Of a stretch of DNA of 64,000 nucleotides, positions 31,326-54,437 are shown piece after piece. Origin of the DNA: the human T2T-CHM13v2.0 reference genome, Homo sapiens; NCBI RefSeq assembly GCF_009914755.1, contig NC_060943.1; one strand, 5' to 3'. Numbering within the stretch: the stretch's first letter is position 1; every line of letters starts with the position of its first letter. The notes below the pieces were generated by a model that was not told where the DNA came from, searched no databases, and worked only from the letters and a program-made list of their open reading frames with translations. The translations under genes and the position numbers were made by a program.

Positions 31326-33208
31326 ACCATGGGTCCTGGAGTCTGTGGAACCTGTTCCCAGACACCCCTACCTCACCCCCACCCAGCCCATCACCACTGC
31401 TGTCCTGTCCCAGCTTCTGGTTGCAGAGTGACACGGTAAACTGTCTGGGGAGGGGAGGTTGGTTGCTTTGTGTTTTGCAGGAAAAGGCCTGGTTGTGATT
31501 TATAAGAATCACAGACAGAGCTCTCCAGGGGTGGGACCAAGGGGACACTTGGGGTCTGTGAGGACCAGGGGCTGCCATGGCTGATGGGAGTTCAGACCCC
31601 GCGTGCCGCGCCCCAATTCCCCACCCTGGCCCCACCACCCCTGCCTGCCTCACTCCAACCCCACCATCCAAACTCCATCTCTTCCTGCTACTGACCCCAT
31701 CTTCCAACCTCCACCTCCTGGCCCCAGAGCCCCTATGCTCAACCCCAGCTTGACCCCGGAGCCCCACCTCCACCACACCAACCACTACCTCTGACTCTCA
31801 TCCCCCTGCCTCTCCCCCTGCCCTGCCCCTTGCTTCCCACCCCAGGATCTGCTAGCTCCTCCCACCTCATCTGCTCAGCTCTGGAGAGAATTGGGAACCC
31901 ATCCTTTGGTGAGGTGGCTGCTGGTGAGAAAGAAAATGGTATTTGAGGCTTTTACTCATCAAGGAAGGGAATATCCCCCTCCCCCTCCCAGGACTTGCAA
32001 GGCAGCGCCCAGCCCCCTCCTCCTTCCTGGTTTCCAGCCTCCTGTGTGGTTTCCATGGATTCAGAGATTTCCTTCCAGCACCTGAGCCCCGAAGTGAGGG
32101 AGAGGGGAGGGAGGGGAAGGGCCCAGCCATCTAGGGGAGGGTGGTGGAGAAGCTGCTCCAGGACGGACCCCACAGGTCCGCTGGCCCCGTCCCCTGCTCC
32201 CAGAGACCCTGAGGCTGGGCACCAGGGGACTTGCTGGGGACTCGCTGGGGGCCTGACAAATCCCACCCTCCTTCTGGATGGCCCAGGGGAGGTCATCCCA
32301 TTGGGTCATGTTGGGTGAGAAGAGCTGTCTCAAATCCTGACCCTGTCCCTGACCTTGACCCCTACTACATCCCAAATCCCAAGACCTGGTCCCAGAATCC
32401 AAGCCCTGGGTTCTGACATTCAGTGGACTGTGAGGAGGACAGTTCAGGGAAGGGACCAAGGACATCCCTGCGTCAGCCTCCATCCTGCTGAGAACTCACT
32501 CGAGTCCTGTGTTTCTGGGGCTCCAGTGCTGCCTGCATATCTGGGATCCCAGAGAGAAGGTGAGAAGGGTTTATGGTGGGGAGTTAGTGAGCATCAGGCA
32601 CTTGGGGTTCTCCATCCTGCCCAGCATGGCCCCTTCCAGAACAGGCACACGGTGTTTACGACCTCCTCCCCCTCTGCCAGAGTCCCCACTCTGCCAGAGT
32701 GGCAGGTGGAGAAGCTGTGGGCACTGTCGTGGTGGCTGCCCAGAACCCCGACACCCTTTCTCTTGGAGGGCAGCTAGGGTGCAGGCCCAAGCACGGCCAG
32801 GCCCATGCCCCTGCCCAGGCTTAGCTCAGCCAGAAAAGATTCGTCGTGGCTGCAGCAGAGCAAGAATCAGAGCCGGAGGCTGGGGCAGCTGTGGTGGCTG
32901 CAAGGGCAGAGCCAGTTGCCCACAGAAAAGCTCGGCCCAGGTGGGGTTCCTTCCCCAGCCCAGGACCTCACAGGTTCTAAGAGCTGCCCAATATCCTTCC
33001 GATGGGGTCCTTTTCTGCATACATTTGTCTGCGTTCATTTTTATTGGTTGCGGTTGAGAGCTCATCCTGGCATGACATTTGCCAGTGGGTGGGTAGGTGG
33101 TCTACACTCTTGGTTAGGCTCTTGGAGACCAACTGAGATCCAGAGGGACTACTACCATATGAGGACCCAGTGGTCCTCTGCCCTGGCTTCCAGTAGAACC
33201 TGCTGGAG

Positions 33209-33213
33209 TTTGT

Positions 33214-33244
<31 letters not shown>

Positions 33245-33708
33245 TTGAGATAGGGTCTTGCTCTGTTGTCCAGGCTGGAGTGCAATGGCGCAATCATGGC
33301 TCACTGCAGCCTTGAACTCCTGGGCTGAAGCCATCCTCCTGCCTCAGCCTCCCAAGTAGCTAGGACTACAGGCATATGCCACCATGTCCAACCAATTATT
33401 TTATTTTTTGTAGAGATGGGGGTCTCACTATGCTGCCCAGGCGGGTCTCAAACTACCAGGCTCAAGCTATCCTCCTGCCTCAGCCTCCCAAAGTGCTGGG
33501 ATTATAGACTTGAGCCACTGCACTTGACCTCTTGGAGAATCTTTAAAAGCTTCTAGCAGGTGAGGCACAGTGGTTTGCACCTGCAATCCCAGTACTTTGG
33601 GAGGCCATGGGAGGAGGATGACTTGAGGACAGGAGTTTGAGACCAGCCTGGGCAATATGGTGAGAGCTCCATCTCTAAAAAACTTTTAAATAAAACAATA
33701 AAATAAAA
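33209..33708. mobile_element. AluJ (-, 33209-33528, (TTTA)n tail) head-to-head with FLAM (+, 33556-33708)
   Basis: Alu consensus on opposite strands. Confidence 0.9.
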
Positions 33709-34129
33709 GCTGTTAGTGCCTGAACTTCACCCCAGACCAAGTAAAACAGAATTTCTAGGCATGGGAATTTGTGGAAACTCCCTCAGAGTTTTCATGGGGA
33801 ATACTGGGATTTTTGACAGCTCCCTGGTTGATTCTGCTGGAAGCCAGGACCAAGAAAGCTTCAAGACAGAGTCCTCCCCAACAGGGACAGTAGGTGCTGG
33901 GGGCAGGGGAGGGAAGGCAGGGGGAGCCCCTGGGCATGGCCTCCTCTCTTCCCACCCTGTGCGTGACAGCTCCCCCTTGGTCCCCATCCCTCTGCCTTGC
34001 GCCTGCCTCCCAAAGGCTGCCCACGGGTCCTGCTCCCTTTTCCTCTTTGTCCCTTCATCGCACAGTCCAGATCTTGCCTCAGTCTTCACAGTCAGCCCAG
34101 ATGACTCATGAAACCTGGAAAGGAAGCCA

Positions 34130-34970
<841 letters not shown>

Positions 34971-35075
34971 AAGCTGTCACAATTAATCTAGCTGCCCTCA
35001 AGGAGGACAGGGGAGAGAAACGTTTGTATTCACTCTTTTCAAGGCAGGAAAGAAGAAAATGTAACCTGTTAGGTT

Positions 35076-36083
<1,008 letters not shown>

Positions 36084-36318
36084 TCACTCCCTATTTTTGA
36101 AACTGTCTCTTGCTTGCCTCCCAGGTGCCCTCCTTCTCCTGACTGCCCCTCTGGTCAGTCCTTCTCCAGCTGCTGAGACTCAGCCCAACCCTTGGGAAGA
36201 CCCTGTCTTTTCCAACTGCCCATGAGGTGCAGGCAACTCCAGCAGCCCTAGTTCCAGCTCAGAGTCTTCCCTGGCTCCATTTCTGTATTGCCCATGGCCC
36301 CTCTCAGTTATTTCCAGG

Positions 36319-36677
36319 TGTATTCATCCGTTCTCATGCCGCTGATAAAGACATAACCGAGACTGGGCAACTTACCAAAGAAAGAGGTTTATTGGACTCA
36401 CAGTTCCACATGGCTGGAGAGGTCTAATAATCATGGTGGAAGAGGAAAGGCACGTCTCACATGGTGGCAGGGAAGAGAAGAGAGCTTATGCAGGGAAACT
36501 CCCCTTTTCAAAACCATCAGATCTCATGGGACTCATTTGCCATCAAGAGAACAGCGCAGGAAGACCCGTCCCCATAATTCAACCACCTCCCACAGGGTTC
36601 CTCCCACAATACAATGGGAATTGTGGGAGTTACAATTCAAGAAGAAATTTGGGTGGGGACATAGCCAAACCATATCA
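36319..36677 (-). mobile_element. THE1-type MaLR solo LTR
   Basis: TGTATT...AAACCATATCA termini; 5-bp TSD CCAGG at 36314-36318 and 36678-36682. Confidence 0.92.
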
Positions 36678-36988
36678 CCAGGCAAGACAAAGCCTTAAAC
36701 AGGCACAGCTTACCCACCGCCCTGCTCACTGCCTTGGTATTCCCCATCTCAGAATCCACGAGGCCAGCTGTCCACATCAGAGACTGGGTGTTGCCCACTT
36801 TCAAAGATACATCCAAGCCATCACCAAATGCTGCCCATCCTTCTAAATATTTCTGGAATCCCTCCCCTCGCCCAGCCCTAGTCTCCCTGCCCTGGCCAGG
36901 CCCCCTCTTCTCCCACCCCGGTTATCACTAGAACCTTCAACAAGACCCTCCCGGCTTCTGCTCAGCAGTTCTTTAAATGAAAATGATC

Positions 36989-39273
<2,285 letters not shown>

Positions 39274-39495
39274 GTGTCTTTACCAGCTTTAACTAGCATC
39301 TGGCTTTGTGTCCCTCCAACATCCTTTAGCAGTGGCTGAACGCTTGTATGACAGACAGGTGGAATGTGAACAACCTCATTCCCACCTCCCAGAGGAAGAT
39401 CTGAAGTCCTGTGGCTGTTGCACTTGGACAAGCCCACGCAGGAGGGAGTGGTACCCGCTGAGCCAAGCCCCCTGCTCCTAAGTGAGCTTTCCAGG

Positions 39496-39928
39496 TGTCC
39501 TGATTTCCTGGGGCCACTGTGATGAATGATCATGCGCTGGGTGGCTTAAACAACAGAAGTGTGTTCTTTCACAGTTTGGGAGGCCAGAAGTCCAAATCAA
39601 GGTAACAGCAAGGTGGGTTCCTCCTGGAGTCTCCCAGGGAGAATGCATTTCCTGTCTCTCCAGCTGCTGGCAATCTTTGGCATTCCCTGGCAGCATCACT
39701 CCATTCCCTGCCTCTGTCTTTGCATGACGTTCTCCTCTGTGTCTTCCTTGTGTCTGTCCCTTAAAAGGACACTCATCATTGGATTTAGCACCTGCCCTAA
39801 TCCAGGATGATCGTCATCTTGAGATCCTTTACTTAATTACACCTGGAAAGGTTCTTATTCCAGATAAGATCACATTGTGAGGTTCCAGGTGGACGTATCT
39901 TTTATGGACCACCATCCAATCCACTACA
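39496..39928 (-). mobile_element. MLT1 (B/C-like) LTR
   Basis: gggtggcttaaacaacagaa...cacagtttgggaggccagaagtccaaatcaaggt...ctaatccaggatga motifs. Confidence 0.85.
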
Positions 39929-41115
39929 CCAGGGCTCAGCGGTGGGTACCCTCCCTTCTTTCTGGCACAGATGCTGGCATCACTAGCGTGGGAAGGCAGA
40001 TCCATGAGGTGGGGACAGCTGGCCAGGGATGGTCTCAGGAGTGTGGAGGGGCCTGGGATGGAGAACCTGAGACCCCCCTGCAACCCAGCTTCTGGCAGAC
40101 ACACCCTCCTGGCCTCCTCCCCAAAGACAAACACTCGGTGTAAAGAGACCTGGGTTCAAGGCCTGGCTTCACTCCTTGACTCATGTGATCTCTGGCAAGC
40201 ACGTGCCCTCTCTGGGCAGAGATGATTCCCCAGCTCCTCACAGCCCTGGCTCTGGGACTCTGAGTGGGAGCTGACAGCAAGAGCTGTGTGTCTGCATCTC
40301 AGAGCCTGGCACCCTTTACGTATCAGAGCACAGAATGACACTGAAGAAAGGAGTGATTGAGCAGTGGCTGGGTGTGCCTTGGGATGTGCTGAACTGGGCA
40401 TGTGGTGGGATCTGGGAAGCCCCTGAATTCCCCAGATGGTCATATCCCCACTGCAGAGGTGATGTTCCCTGCTGATATACCACTGGTGGCTCAGGGTTGG
40501 GCCATGCATATTCTATCACTGGAGGATCAGGACATGAGGACCAGCCGGGGTCAGGAGTCTGCAGCTGTGCTTAGGCAGGAAGGTGAGGAGAGGACCAATA
40601 TTTACTCAGCTCCATCTCCTTTCAGTCTCATAATGTGCCAACAAAATAGGTCCCATTATATGCCCAGTCTATAGATGAAGACACAGAAGCTCGGAGAGGC
40701 CGAGCAACTTGCCCGAGGTCACATAGTTCTTGAATAGGGCAGGATTCCAACTTGGTCAATTAGGCTTCAGAGTTGCTCCCTAACACATCATCTTCACCCC
40801 TGAGGCCAGGCCAGGGCTCTCAGTGCCCAGAGTAGAACAATAAACACATCACACAGGCTTATCAACCACATCAGGGACCCTGTCATTCTATTCTCAAAAA
40901 ATATTTTTAACCATGGTTGCATTAGGGTTGTAAGATTTTCAGAGCTCTTTTTCTGTTTTTCAAATGTTTGCTAATGTGCTTATATGATCTTTATCATTAA
41001 AAAGGTAAACATTGAAAAAATCATCTACTAAGTGGCTTCTGTCAAGAGTGCAGCTAGGGTAGTTGTCATTCGGAGGAGGCTATTCCAGGGACAAACCAAC
41101 AATTTAAAGGTTTTC

Positions 41116-43170
<2,055 letters not shown>

Positions 43171-44061
43171 CAATTCTTTGTTCTTTCCTTTCACTCCCTT
43201 GCAGGCTGGTAGAAACTTGAGGCATGTGGCTACTATGTTCAGCCATCCTGCAGTCCAGCCCCAGCCTGGGAGCTGCTACCCCCCAGCCCACATCCAGCTC
43301 CGAGAACCCTGGAACTGAGACGGCATTATACCCATTTTATGGGTAAATGTGCCAAGGCCAAGCTGAACTAATGATGTCTTTCCTAAGTTCACACAGGAAG
43401 CTGGTGGTAGAATCTGGGCAGAGTCTAGGTCTCCAACTACTTGGTTCAGAAATACACCCACTCATGCCCCACTCCGTATCCTATGGCCCTGGTGCACCAA
43501 CAGACCATCAGCACCAACAAGCCAAGCTCCCCCATCCAACCACCCACCTCCAGCGCAGCCAGACCCCAGGGTTCAAGGCTTGGGGGCACTGGGCTCCCTC
43601 AGCAGATGCATGTGCAGGGGGCAAGCCTCCTGTGTGTAGAAGGAAACTGTGACAGCATTGAGGATATCTCTCCTTGGGAGTTCCTGGCTTCTGGATGCCC
43701 ACGCAGCTGGCAGGTGTGTCTGAGCATGCACTAGTCTCTCTACAAAGCAAGACCCCGCATGACCAAGGCTTGGAGGACCTGGAGCCGAGACCGGTTGCTG
43801 CTGGGGACACATGTGTGTACCCTTGCTCATGGAATTCCTGGCACTGGGACATCATAGTCTCTGATACAGAAGAAAGGAAGTGCTGTGGCTCAGATTCCAA
43901 CTCAGCTCGCACAGCCTGGGACCCCCGAAAGGCATCTGGACAAGTGCAAGGTGCAGCTCCAGGCAGCGCCCCCTGGAGTTGTCCATCCCGCCCCGGCATC
44001 TTCATTTATGGTATCTTGTTTCTTCCTTGCTACAGCTCCCAGAGGAAGGCATATGGTCATC

Positions 44062-44400
44062 TGTGTCAGTAGGGGCCCCCAGGAAGCAGGTACTGAGATG
44101 GGGTTGGAGATGCAACAGGTTTACTAGGGGTAAAGTCTATGGAAGATAACAGGGGAGGAAGTGATTGGGCAGGGAGAGCCCCAGACACTAATGAAAGCTC
44201 ACAAAGTTTCAGCCAACCTATTGGGGAGCTCCGCAGTAGAAAGTGCCCACAAGAGGAGTCCAGGTTAGGCACAAATGGCCAGGTCCTGGGCCCCCTGCCA
44301 TGCACAGTCGCTGGTTGACGAATGCCTGGGAGGAGCCTGGCTTCATTCAGCTGGAACGCTCCTTGCACCTCAACAGCAATTCTAGAAGGGAGGCCTGAGC
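44062..44400. mobile_element. ERVL LTR16-like relic
   Basis: tgtgtcagtagggg...aggaagcaggtactgagatgggg...gattgggcagggagag motifs. Confidence 0.55.
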
Positions 44401-44854
44401 ACCTTCATGGCAGCCTCATGATCCATTTCACAGATGCAGATGCCAGAGTCCAGAAATGTCAATGACCCTCCCAAAGGCACATGGCTGGCACATGGCAGAG
44501 CCAGGCTGGCATGGGAGCATCTGATCCCAATGCCATGCTCCTGTCAGCCCCAGAGTGACTCTTGGCTGCTAAGATGCCCTTTGCTACTGCTGGGCAGGAC
44601 TCTGGGACATGTTTCCCTTCCATCCTCCAGGGACAGTGACAAGGTGGCCTGACAGAGTGCCCAGGTCCCTGCTGAGCCCCGGCCAAAGCTCCTGTCCCTG
44701 GGAAACATGAGTAGGGACAGCCCATGTCATGCTTCAGTCTTTCCAAATCGCAGGAAACTCTTGGCTAGAGAAGCCACTTCAATGTGGCAGCTTCAATTCT
44801 GGCAGGGATTCATCAAAAGTCCACAGTGTTTCCCGCACCTTCCAGGTCCCCTGT

Positions 44855-44959
44855 CTGTCTGGGGTCACCCAGGACCATCTGTCTGTCACCACAGCGGTGT
44901 GGAATGCTGAGGATCACCTCTGTGGTGACAGACAGATGGCCCTGGGTGACCCCAGACAG
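44855..44959. repeat. Inverted repeat: 45-bp arms (43/45 identical), 15-nt spacer
   Basis: Left arm 44855-44899, right arm 44915-44959, compared base by base. Confidence 0.97.
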
Positions 44960-46168
44960 TCGAAAGGATGACTTACAAGTGGCCCAACTGGAGAGATTCC
45001 CATAGGGCTGGCTGCAGTGGAAAGTTGCTGCCAAATGCCCATCTCGTTCCATAACCCTCTCTTGGTGCAGCAGCAGTGCACACAAGTGTCCCAGAGGGAC
45101 AATGACGGCTGCTTCAGCTTGAATCACAAGGGAGGAGGTAGGGTGCTGGATACACTCAATTATCACCCCAAACCCTATCATCACTCATAATCTGCCCGAG
45201 ATAAATCACAGGCAGGTAATTATTATGTCAGGCCAGGTAGCAGAGAGGAGTTCTAAAATAGCAGTCAAGGAACTTCCTGGTTAATTCAAATCCATCCTAA
45301 CTCCCTCCAGGGGACAAAAGTGCTTTGGCTGTAGAATTGACCAGGCGGAGAGAAATACGATTGCTTGATGCAAAATGGGAACTCCTGGACTTAATGTTTC
45401 TCTCTGTCAAGTTTCAGAATAGCACACCTGTCAGAAACCCTAAATCAATGATCCACCATCCGGCGTAAATCATACTGCAGGGATGTCCTATTTTCTTGGT
45501 GTCAAAACCAACCTCCCCAGCCTGCTCGCCAGACCGTGTCCACTTCTGCTCAGCCCAGGCCTCTGGACCCAATTAGTCCTGCCTGCTTGGCTTCCCACAC
45601 CTGTACTTCTTCCGCCATCCAAATGCCACCAAGGCCCAGCTCAAGCCACCTGGCCCCCAAACCTTCTATGCCCAGGCCCATCCCTGGATCCAGCTTAAGC
45701 GATTCCACTTCCTGTCCCCACTGCAAAAGGCCAATGCTGGGTTTATCCATCCCTGAACTGGTCACAACCCCAGATCTGTGGCTCTCCTAGAGCTGGGTCT
45801 CCCTGTTCTTATCCTTTTGGCTTCTGGAGCCAGCTCTTCTGCTGGGCAACAGAAACTGCTTTGGATTCACTTAAGCCAGAAGAGTGGAGGTGGGTTTACT
45901 GGAAAGATGCTGTTTGTGGGGAGGTTTCTTGGAGTGCCAAGGAGCAGAACACCCGATTCACCCGGGCTGAGTAGACCCCTGTCCAGGGCAGGCTGGCCTC
46001 AGGTGGGGCTGGATTCAGGCACAATCTCTGGGCTCTGGCTGACTCTGTGGACGACTTTCCTAGGCTCTTCATGGTGGCAGAGTGGTTGCTTACACCTGTC
46101 CAAGTGCAGGTCCACTTGGACATGGCAGACGATTACTCCAAGTTGCTCAGACAAAAGCCCTGGGCTAG

Positions 46169-49660
<3,492 letters not shown>

Positions 49661-50024
49661 GTAGAGGAGGTGTGGTAGGGCTGAGGCGCATTGCCATACC
49701 CCTGTGTGCATGCCTGAAGGGACAGGGAGGGGACTTCCTCTCCAGTTGCCTAGAGGAATATTGCAGCCAGCTCTCTTAGCAAAGCCACATGGTCACCGTG
49801 AGCTTGGGAAGTGTGGGGGCACCTCCTATGTAGTACTGGCTCTGAGAGGCTTGGGCCTTAGTGCTGTTTTCCCCTAGTGGGGGTCCCTGGACAAATGATG
49901 TTGCCAGCAGTGTGTTCCAAAACCACCACGGTGGGAGGGATGAGCGTCTCCTGCAGGTCATGACACTCCAGGCTGGAAAGCATCAGAGAACAGAGCATGG
50001 CTGTGGGCCCTGGGGAAGGGGACC

Positions 50025-50348
50025 TGTCTTAGTCTGTGTGGGCTGCTATAACAAAATGCCTTAAGCTAGGTGGCTTATAAACAACAGAAATTTATTTTTC
50101 ACAGTTCTGGAGGCTGGGAAGTCCAAGATCAAGGCCCAGGCAGATTCGGTGTCTGGTGAGAGCCCGTTTTCTGGTAGAAGGTGGTGCCTTATATGGTGGA
50201 AGGGGCCAGGGAGCTCTTTGGAGCCTCTTTTATATGGGCACTCATCCCATTCACCTCCCACAGGCCTCATTTCTAACACCATTACATTGGTGATTAGGTT
50301 TCAACATATGAATTTGGAGGGGAGTGACTGAACATCCAGACCACAGCA
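50025..50348 (-). mobile_element. MaLR LTR (MLT1A/MST-like)
   Basis: TGTCTTAGTCTGTGTGGGCTGCTATAACAAAAT...CAGACCACAGCA. Confidence 0.85.
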
Positions 50349-53136
50349 CGATCTAATTGGCTGAGCCCAACTCACAAACTAGACTTGCGAGATGGCTGTC
50401 TGCCGAGGTCTCCTTGGCCCTGACCGGGCAGAGGGGGCTCAGTAGGGCTCTTGAGGGTCTCAGCATTGTGAAGAGCTTGGGGCAGAAGGGTAGGGCAAGA
50501 CAGGAGGATGGTGAGGGCCTGGCTGTTGGCCACAGAGTGACCTCTGTCCCCACCCTCTCCCGGGGCTTCCTAGGGCTGGGAGGCAGAGCCTGGAGTCTTC
50601 TCTGGTCTGCAGCTCCTTTGTTGTGTGACCTGAACTATGCTTCTGCTTGGTGTCTCAGTTTCCCCATTGGTAACTGGGGCGTTGACTGGATTTCAGGGCT
50701 CAACTGGGCTCCCTTTCTCGGCAGGTGGAAATTGCCATCTTATAAAGGGGAACCTGGATGCTGCTGGCTGGGAGCACTGGGTGGACCAGGCCACAGCCGA
50801 AGGCCCAGGAGAGGTGGAGAGAGGCTCCATCCTGAGTGGGGCTCTTCTAGGCCCTAGAGTCTCAGGCCACTCATGCCACTACAGAGGGAGAGACAGGGGC
50901 TACATAGGGAGGGTGTGGACCAATGAGGGGTTCAGGGTTCCCAATCCCACATCACGCCTTCCCGTGAACCTGGAGATCTCTCCTGTCCCAACAGGCCTGG
51001 AACCAGCTGTTGGCATCAAGGCCTTGCACGCATGACCCAGACAGCTTCCCCTCTCCCTCCTTCCAGCCTGCTGCTTCCATACTAGATTCGGGGCCATTTT
51101 GCCGCAGGATTCATCGGAGGGCCGAGAGGGAGCTGCCGGCTTTTCCACCTCCGAGCCGAGGTTACTCTCAGATTCATGGGAAGCCATAAACCCGCGCCCT
51201 ATTTCTGCTCTAATTGAAGCAATTTGTATTGTGACTAAAATAATCAGAGACAATTTTATTGGTATATTTTTAAAAATAATTACAGCCCATATATTTATGT
51301 TATATAACTGCAGTGACAATTTGATTGGGTTCCCCAGGGCCCCAACTTGAAGAGCCTGTGTGGGAGTGGCCCCATCCCTGCCTTCAGCACCCTCCACCTC
51401 CCCCAAATCTCGGGCAGAGGTGATGTTGACAGATGCAGTCCCCAAGGCCTGAGGCTCGGTCAGGGACTTTTCAGTGGGCATGTCTTAAAAATTTTGGGAC
51501 AGCCATGCCAGCCCAGCGACCCCAAAGCGCCGTAGGGAGGTTGGGAAGAGATGGAGGGGGGCTCTGGAGTCTGGCTCAGCTCTGGCCTTTGTGGTGGGTG
51601 TCTGTGCCCTGCCATCCAGCATGCAGTCACTGACCTTCTTCTGTTCTTCTCTGGGGACCTCCTGCCTTTGTCCTCCTGCTTCTGAACAGCTGACTGTCCC
51701 AAAAACTCTGGGGTTGACCAATCAGAGCATCACATTCTCCAGCCATGGTGATTGGTTCAGGGCTAAGCACATGACCCAATCAGAGCCAATGACATTGCAC
51801 ATGCCCCAGATGGACTCCCGAACGGTTGGGGATCCCGAGCCGCAGGCTGCCATCTTGCCCCATGTGGGCACTGGAGAATGGGGCTAGTGTAGAGAAGACC
51901 CTAGAAGAGAGATGTGGATGGGACAGGGTCCTTGTGACATCATTTGAGATTCTGAACCTGGAGCTGGGGCTGCTCCCAGAGTTTTTGGATATATGAGCCA
52001 ATACATCCCATTTTGGCTTAAACCTGCTGTAGCTGTAGGACTGTGACCAAGAGTTCTATTTCTATGAGTCCCGCAGGCTTGTTTCCCCACCTCTAAAGGG
52101 AGAGAGTAATCACTCCCGTGGTCTGTTATGCCTCGTCATTATCTGTGTATAGTAGAGATATCTTGGTGTATAGCACCAAGCACAGGACTTGGACAGAGTT
52201 AACCACTCAATAAACAGCAGCCATGGCCGTCGTCAGGAGCATTGTGGAGCACTGGATGCTGTCGCTGGTATAAGGTGTGGGCAGAGGAGACAGGGAGAGG
52301 TTACCAGGCAATGTCCCAGCCCAGAAGGAGGCCCTGCCCCCACATGCTTATAGGTGGCAGAAGCACGGTTCCTGCTGGCTCAGCAATGCCTCCTTGCCTT
52401 CTTCCATCAGGGCCCCTCCTGCTCAGCCAGGGTCCCGTACTGTGCCCAAACCAGTTCTGCATTGTTCCTCCCCAAATAGCTCAGGCTGGAAGGAAGGAGC
52501 TAGGGAAGTGAGGAGGGGCTAGGGAGGGGGAAGAGCAGCGGCCATAGCTCCAGCACAGTAGGATCTGACTATGGGCGGGAGAGCCTCGATCGCGGGGTGC
52601 TCTGGTGCCCAACTTGGCTCCTTCCTCTTAGCGATCGCCCCAGCTCTTTGCTGAGCTGTTGGATGCCTCAGTGTTCCCAGGCAAATCCCCCTGGGGCCCT
52701 ACCTTTGGAGCTGAGCTGTGTCTGGCCTGCACATCCACCAGCACCGCACCAACACCGGGCACTGAAGACCAAAAGCGGATCCAAACTCCCACCCGCTCTG
52801 AGCAGGTTTTCTCTCCTACGGCAGCCTTCACCCGGAAGCCACAGCTGTTAAAGCTGCTAGCGGGTGGTGAGGGCCTTGTGGTTCTGCACCCAAGAAAGCC
52901 TTCTCTTCACTGGCTTCAAACCATCTTAGTCTTAGATAGCAGCACGGGCCTCAGGGATAGCCCCCAGGTCTACCTTGTGGGAATGACACCTTCCACTCCT
53001 GGAGGCTTGTCCCATGAGTCCACTAATAGGGAAAGGGCTGAAAAGAGCGCTGGGGCTGAAACATTCAGCTGGCTGTTGGGTCCCCAGGCCCTCCTGACTG
53101 CACAGTTTAGTGGAGACGTGCAAACTCGCCCAGTTG

Positions 53137-53487
53137 CACACACTCACATGTACACATATGCACACGCACACACACACGCACACTTTCACATGGGCATGCC
53201 ACACATACACACATATGTGCGTGCTCATACCCACGCACACTCTCACATGGGCTTGTCACACATACACACATGTGCGTGCTCACATCCACACACACTCTCA
53301 CATGTGCACAATTGCACACATGCACACTCTCACAGGGGCATGTTCACACCCACGCACACTCTCACATATGCATAATTGCTCACATCGGCATGGTCATACA
53401 CATGCATACTCACATTGTGTACACTTACACACACACACACACACACACTCCTACACATGTCCACACTCTCATGCATGCTCTCACATG
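53137..53487. repeat. CA/CATG-rich low-complexity tract with a (CA)n core
   Basis: Direct reading of the sequence. Confidence 0.92.
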
Positions 53488-54437
53488 AACCAAAGTACTT
53501 GCCTCTTCTGCCTATAGCAGAGCAGAGGTGCGTCCGTCGATGCCCCATGGTGTTTCTCAGGATCCACGCATCCCATGTACTGAGTGTTGTTAGCCGGGAG
53601 ATTGCCTGCTCCTGTGTGGCTGCGCTCTCACCAGTCCTGAAGGTCCTTATAAACATTGGTGCCACCCATCTTGTAGGACATTCTCTGCCCGGCCCCAGGA
53701 GCCTCAGCAGAGGTCCCCTGATTTCAAACATTCTTTTCTGTCATTAGAGCTTATGTTCCACAGATGACTTTGAAAATCTTGCCACCTTCACAGGCCCAGA
53801 CATGACGGTGCAGAGGACATCAGGACCAGCAGGACATAAAACCCTCACGGTCACAGGGAGAAAGTCAGATCCCGGGCACCTGACACAGCCAAGCCCTGCT
53901 CTCAACATGTGTATGACAATGGGTGTGATAGAGGTGCCCCCTGCCTCTGGGTCTGGGTTACATGCCCCCTTCTTTGAGTCCTAGAGGGAACAGCCTGATA
54001 GTGGGCACACCCCTTCCTCTCCCTGAAATGACCTGGCAGACCCCCTTCCCCCAGTGATGGCCTTAGGGATTCCCAGCCATCACCCCTCCCTCCAGGAACC
54101 CCTCATCCCATCCTTCCATAGGGCCACCACACAGACAGGCCCTCTCGACCTTTCCCACCATGCTCTGCACAACTAGGATGGGCAGTGCCCCACCCAAAGC
54201 ACTGCATGCCCCGCTCCCCATTGTCACAGTAGGTACAGGACATGGGTCTATTAGATCTTAGACACTACAGTCCGTACATGCCAATCCATTCCCAGAAGAC
54301 CTCCCCTCCCCACCCCAGTGTCACTGAGCCACTTCCTCCAGCACAGCCCCACGGAGGGAGGCCCTTTTGTGTCTTGCCCATCACCTGGCTGGCCAGATCT
54401 GCTCAGCTCTTCCCTGACTCAAGAAAAACAAGAGAGC

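Noticed and set aside
52659-53747. 238-aa and overlapping His-rich ORFs
   Set aside because: They run through a CA low-complexity tract.
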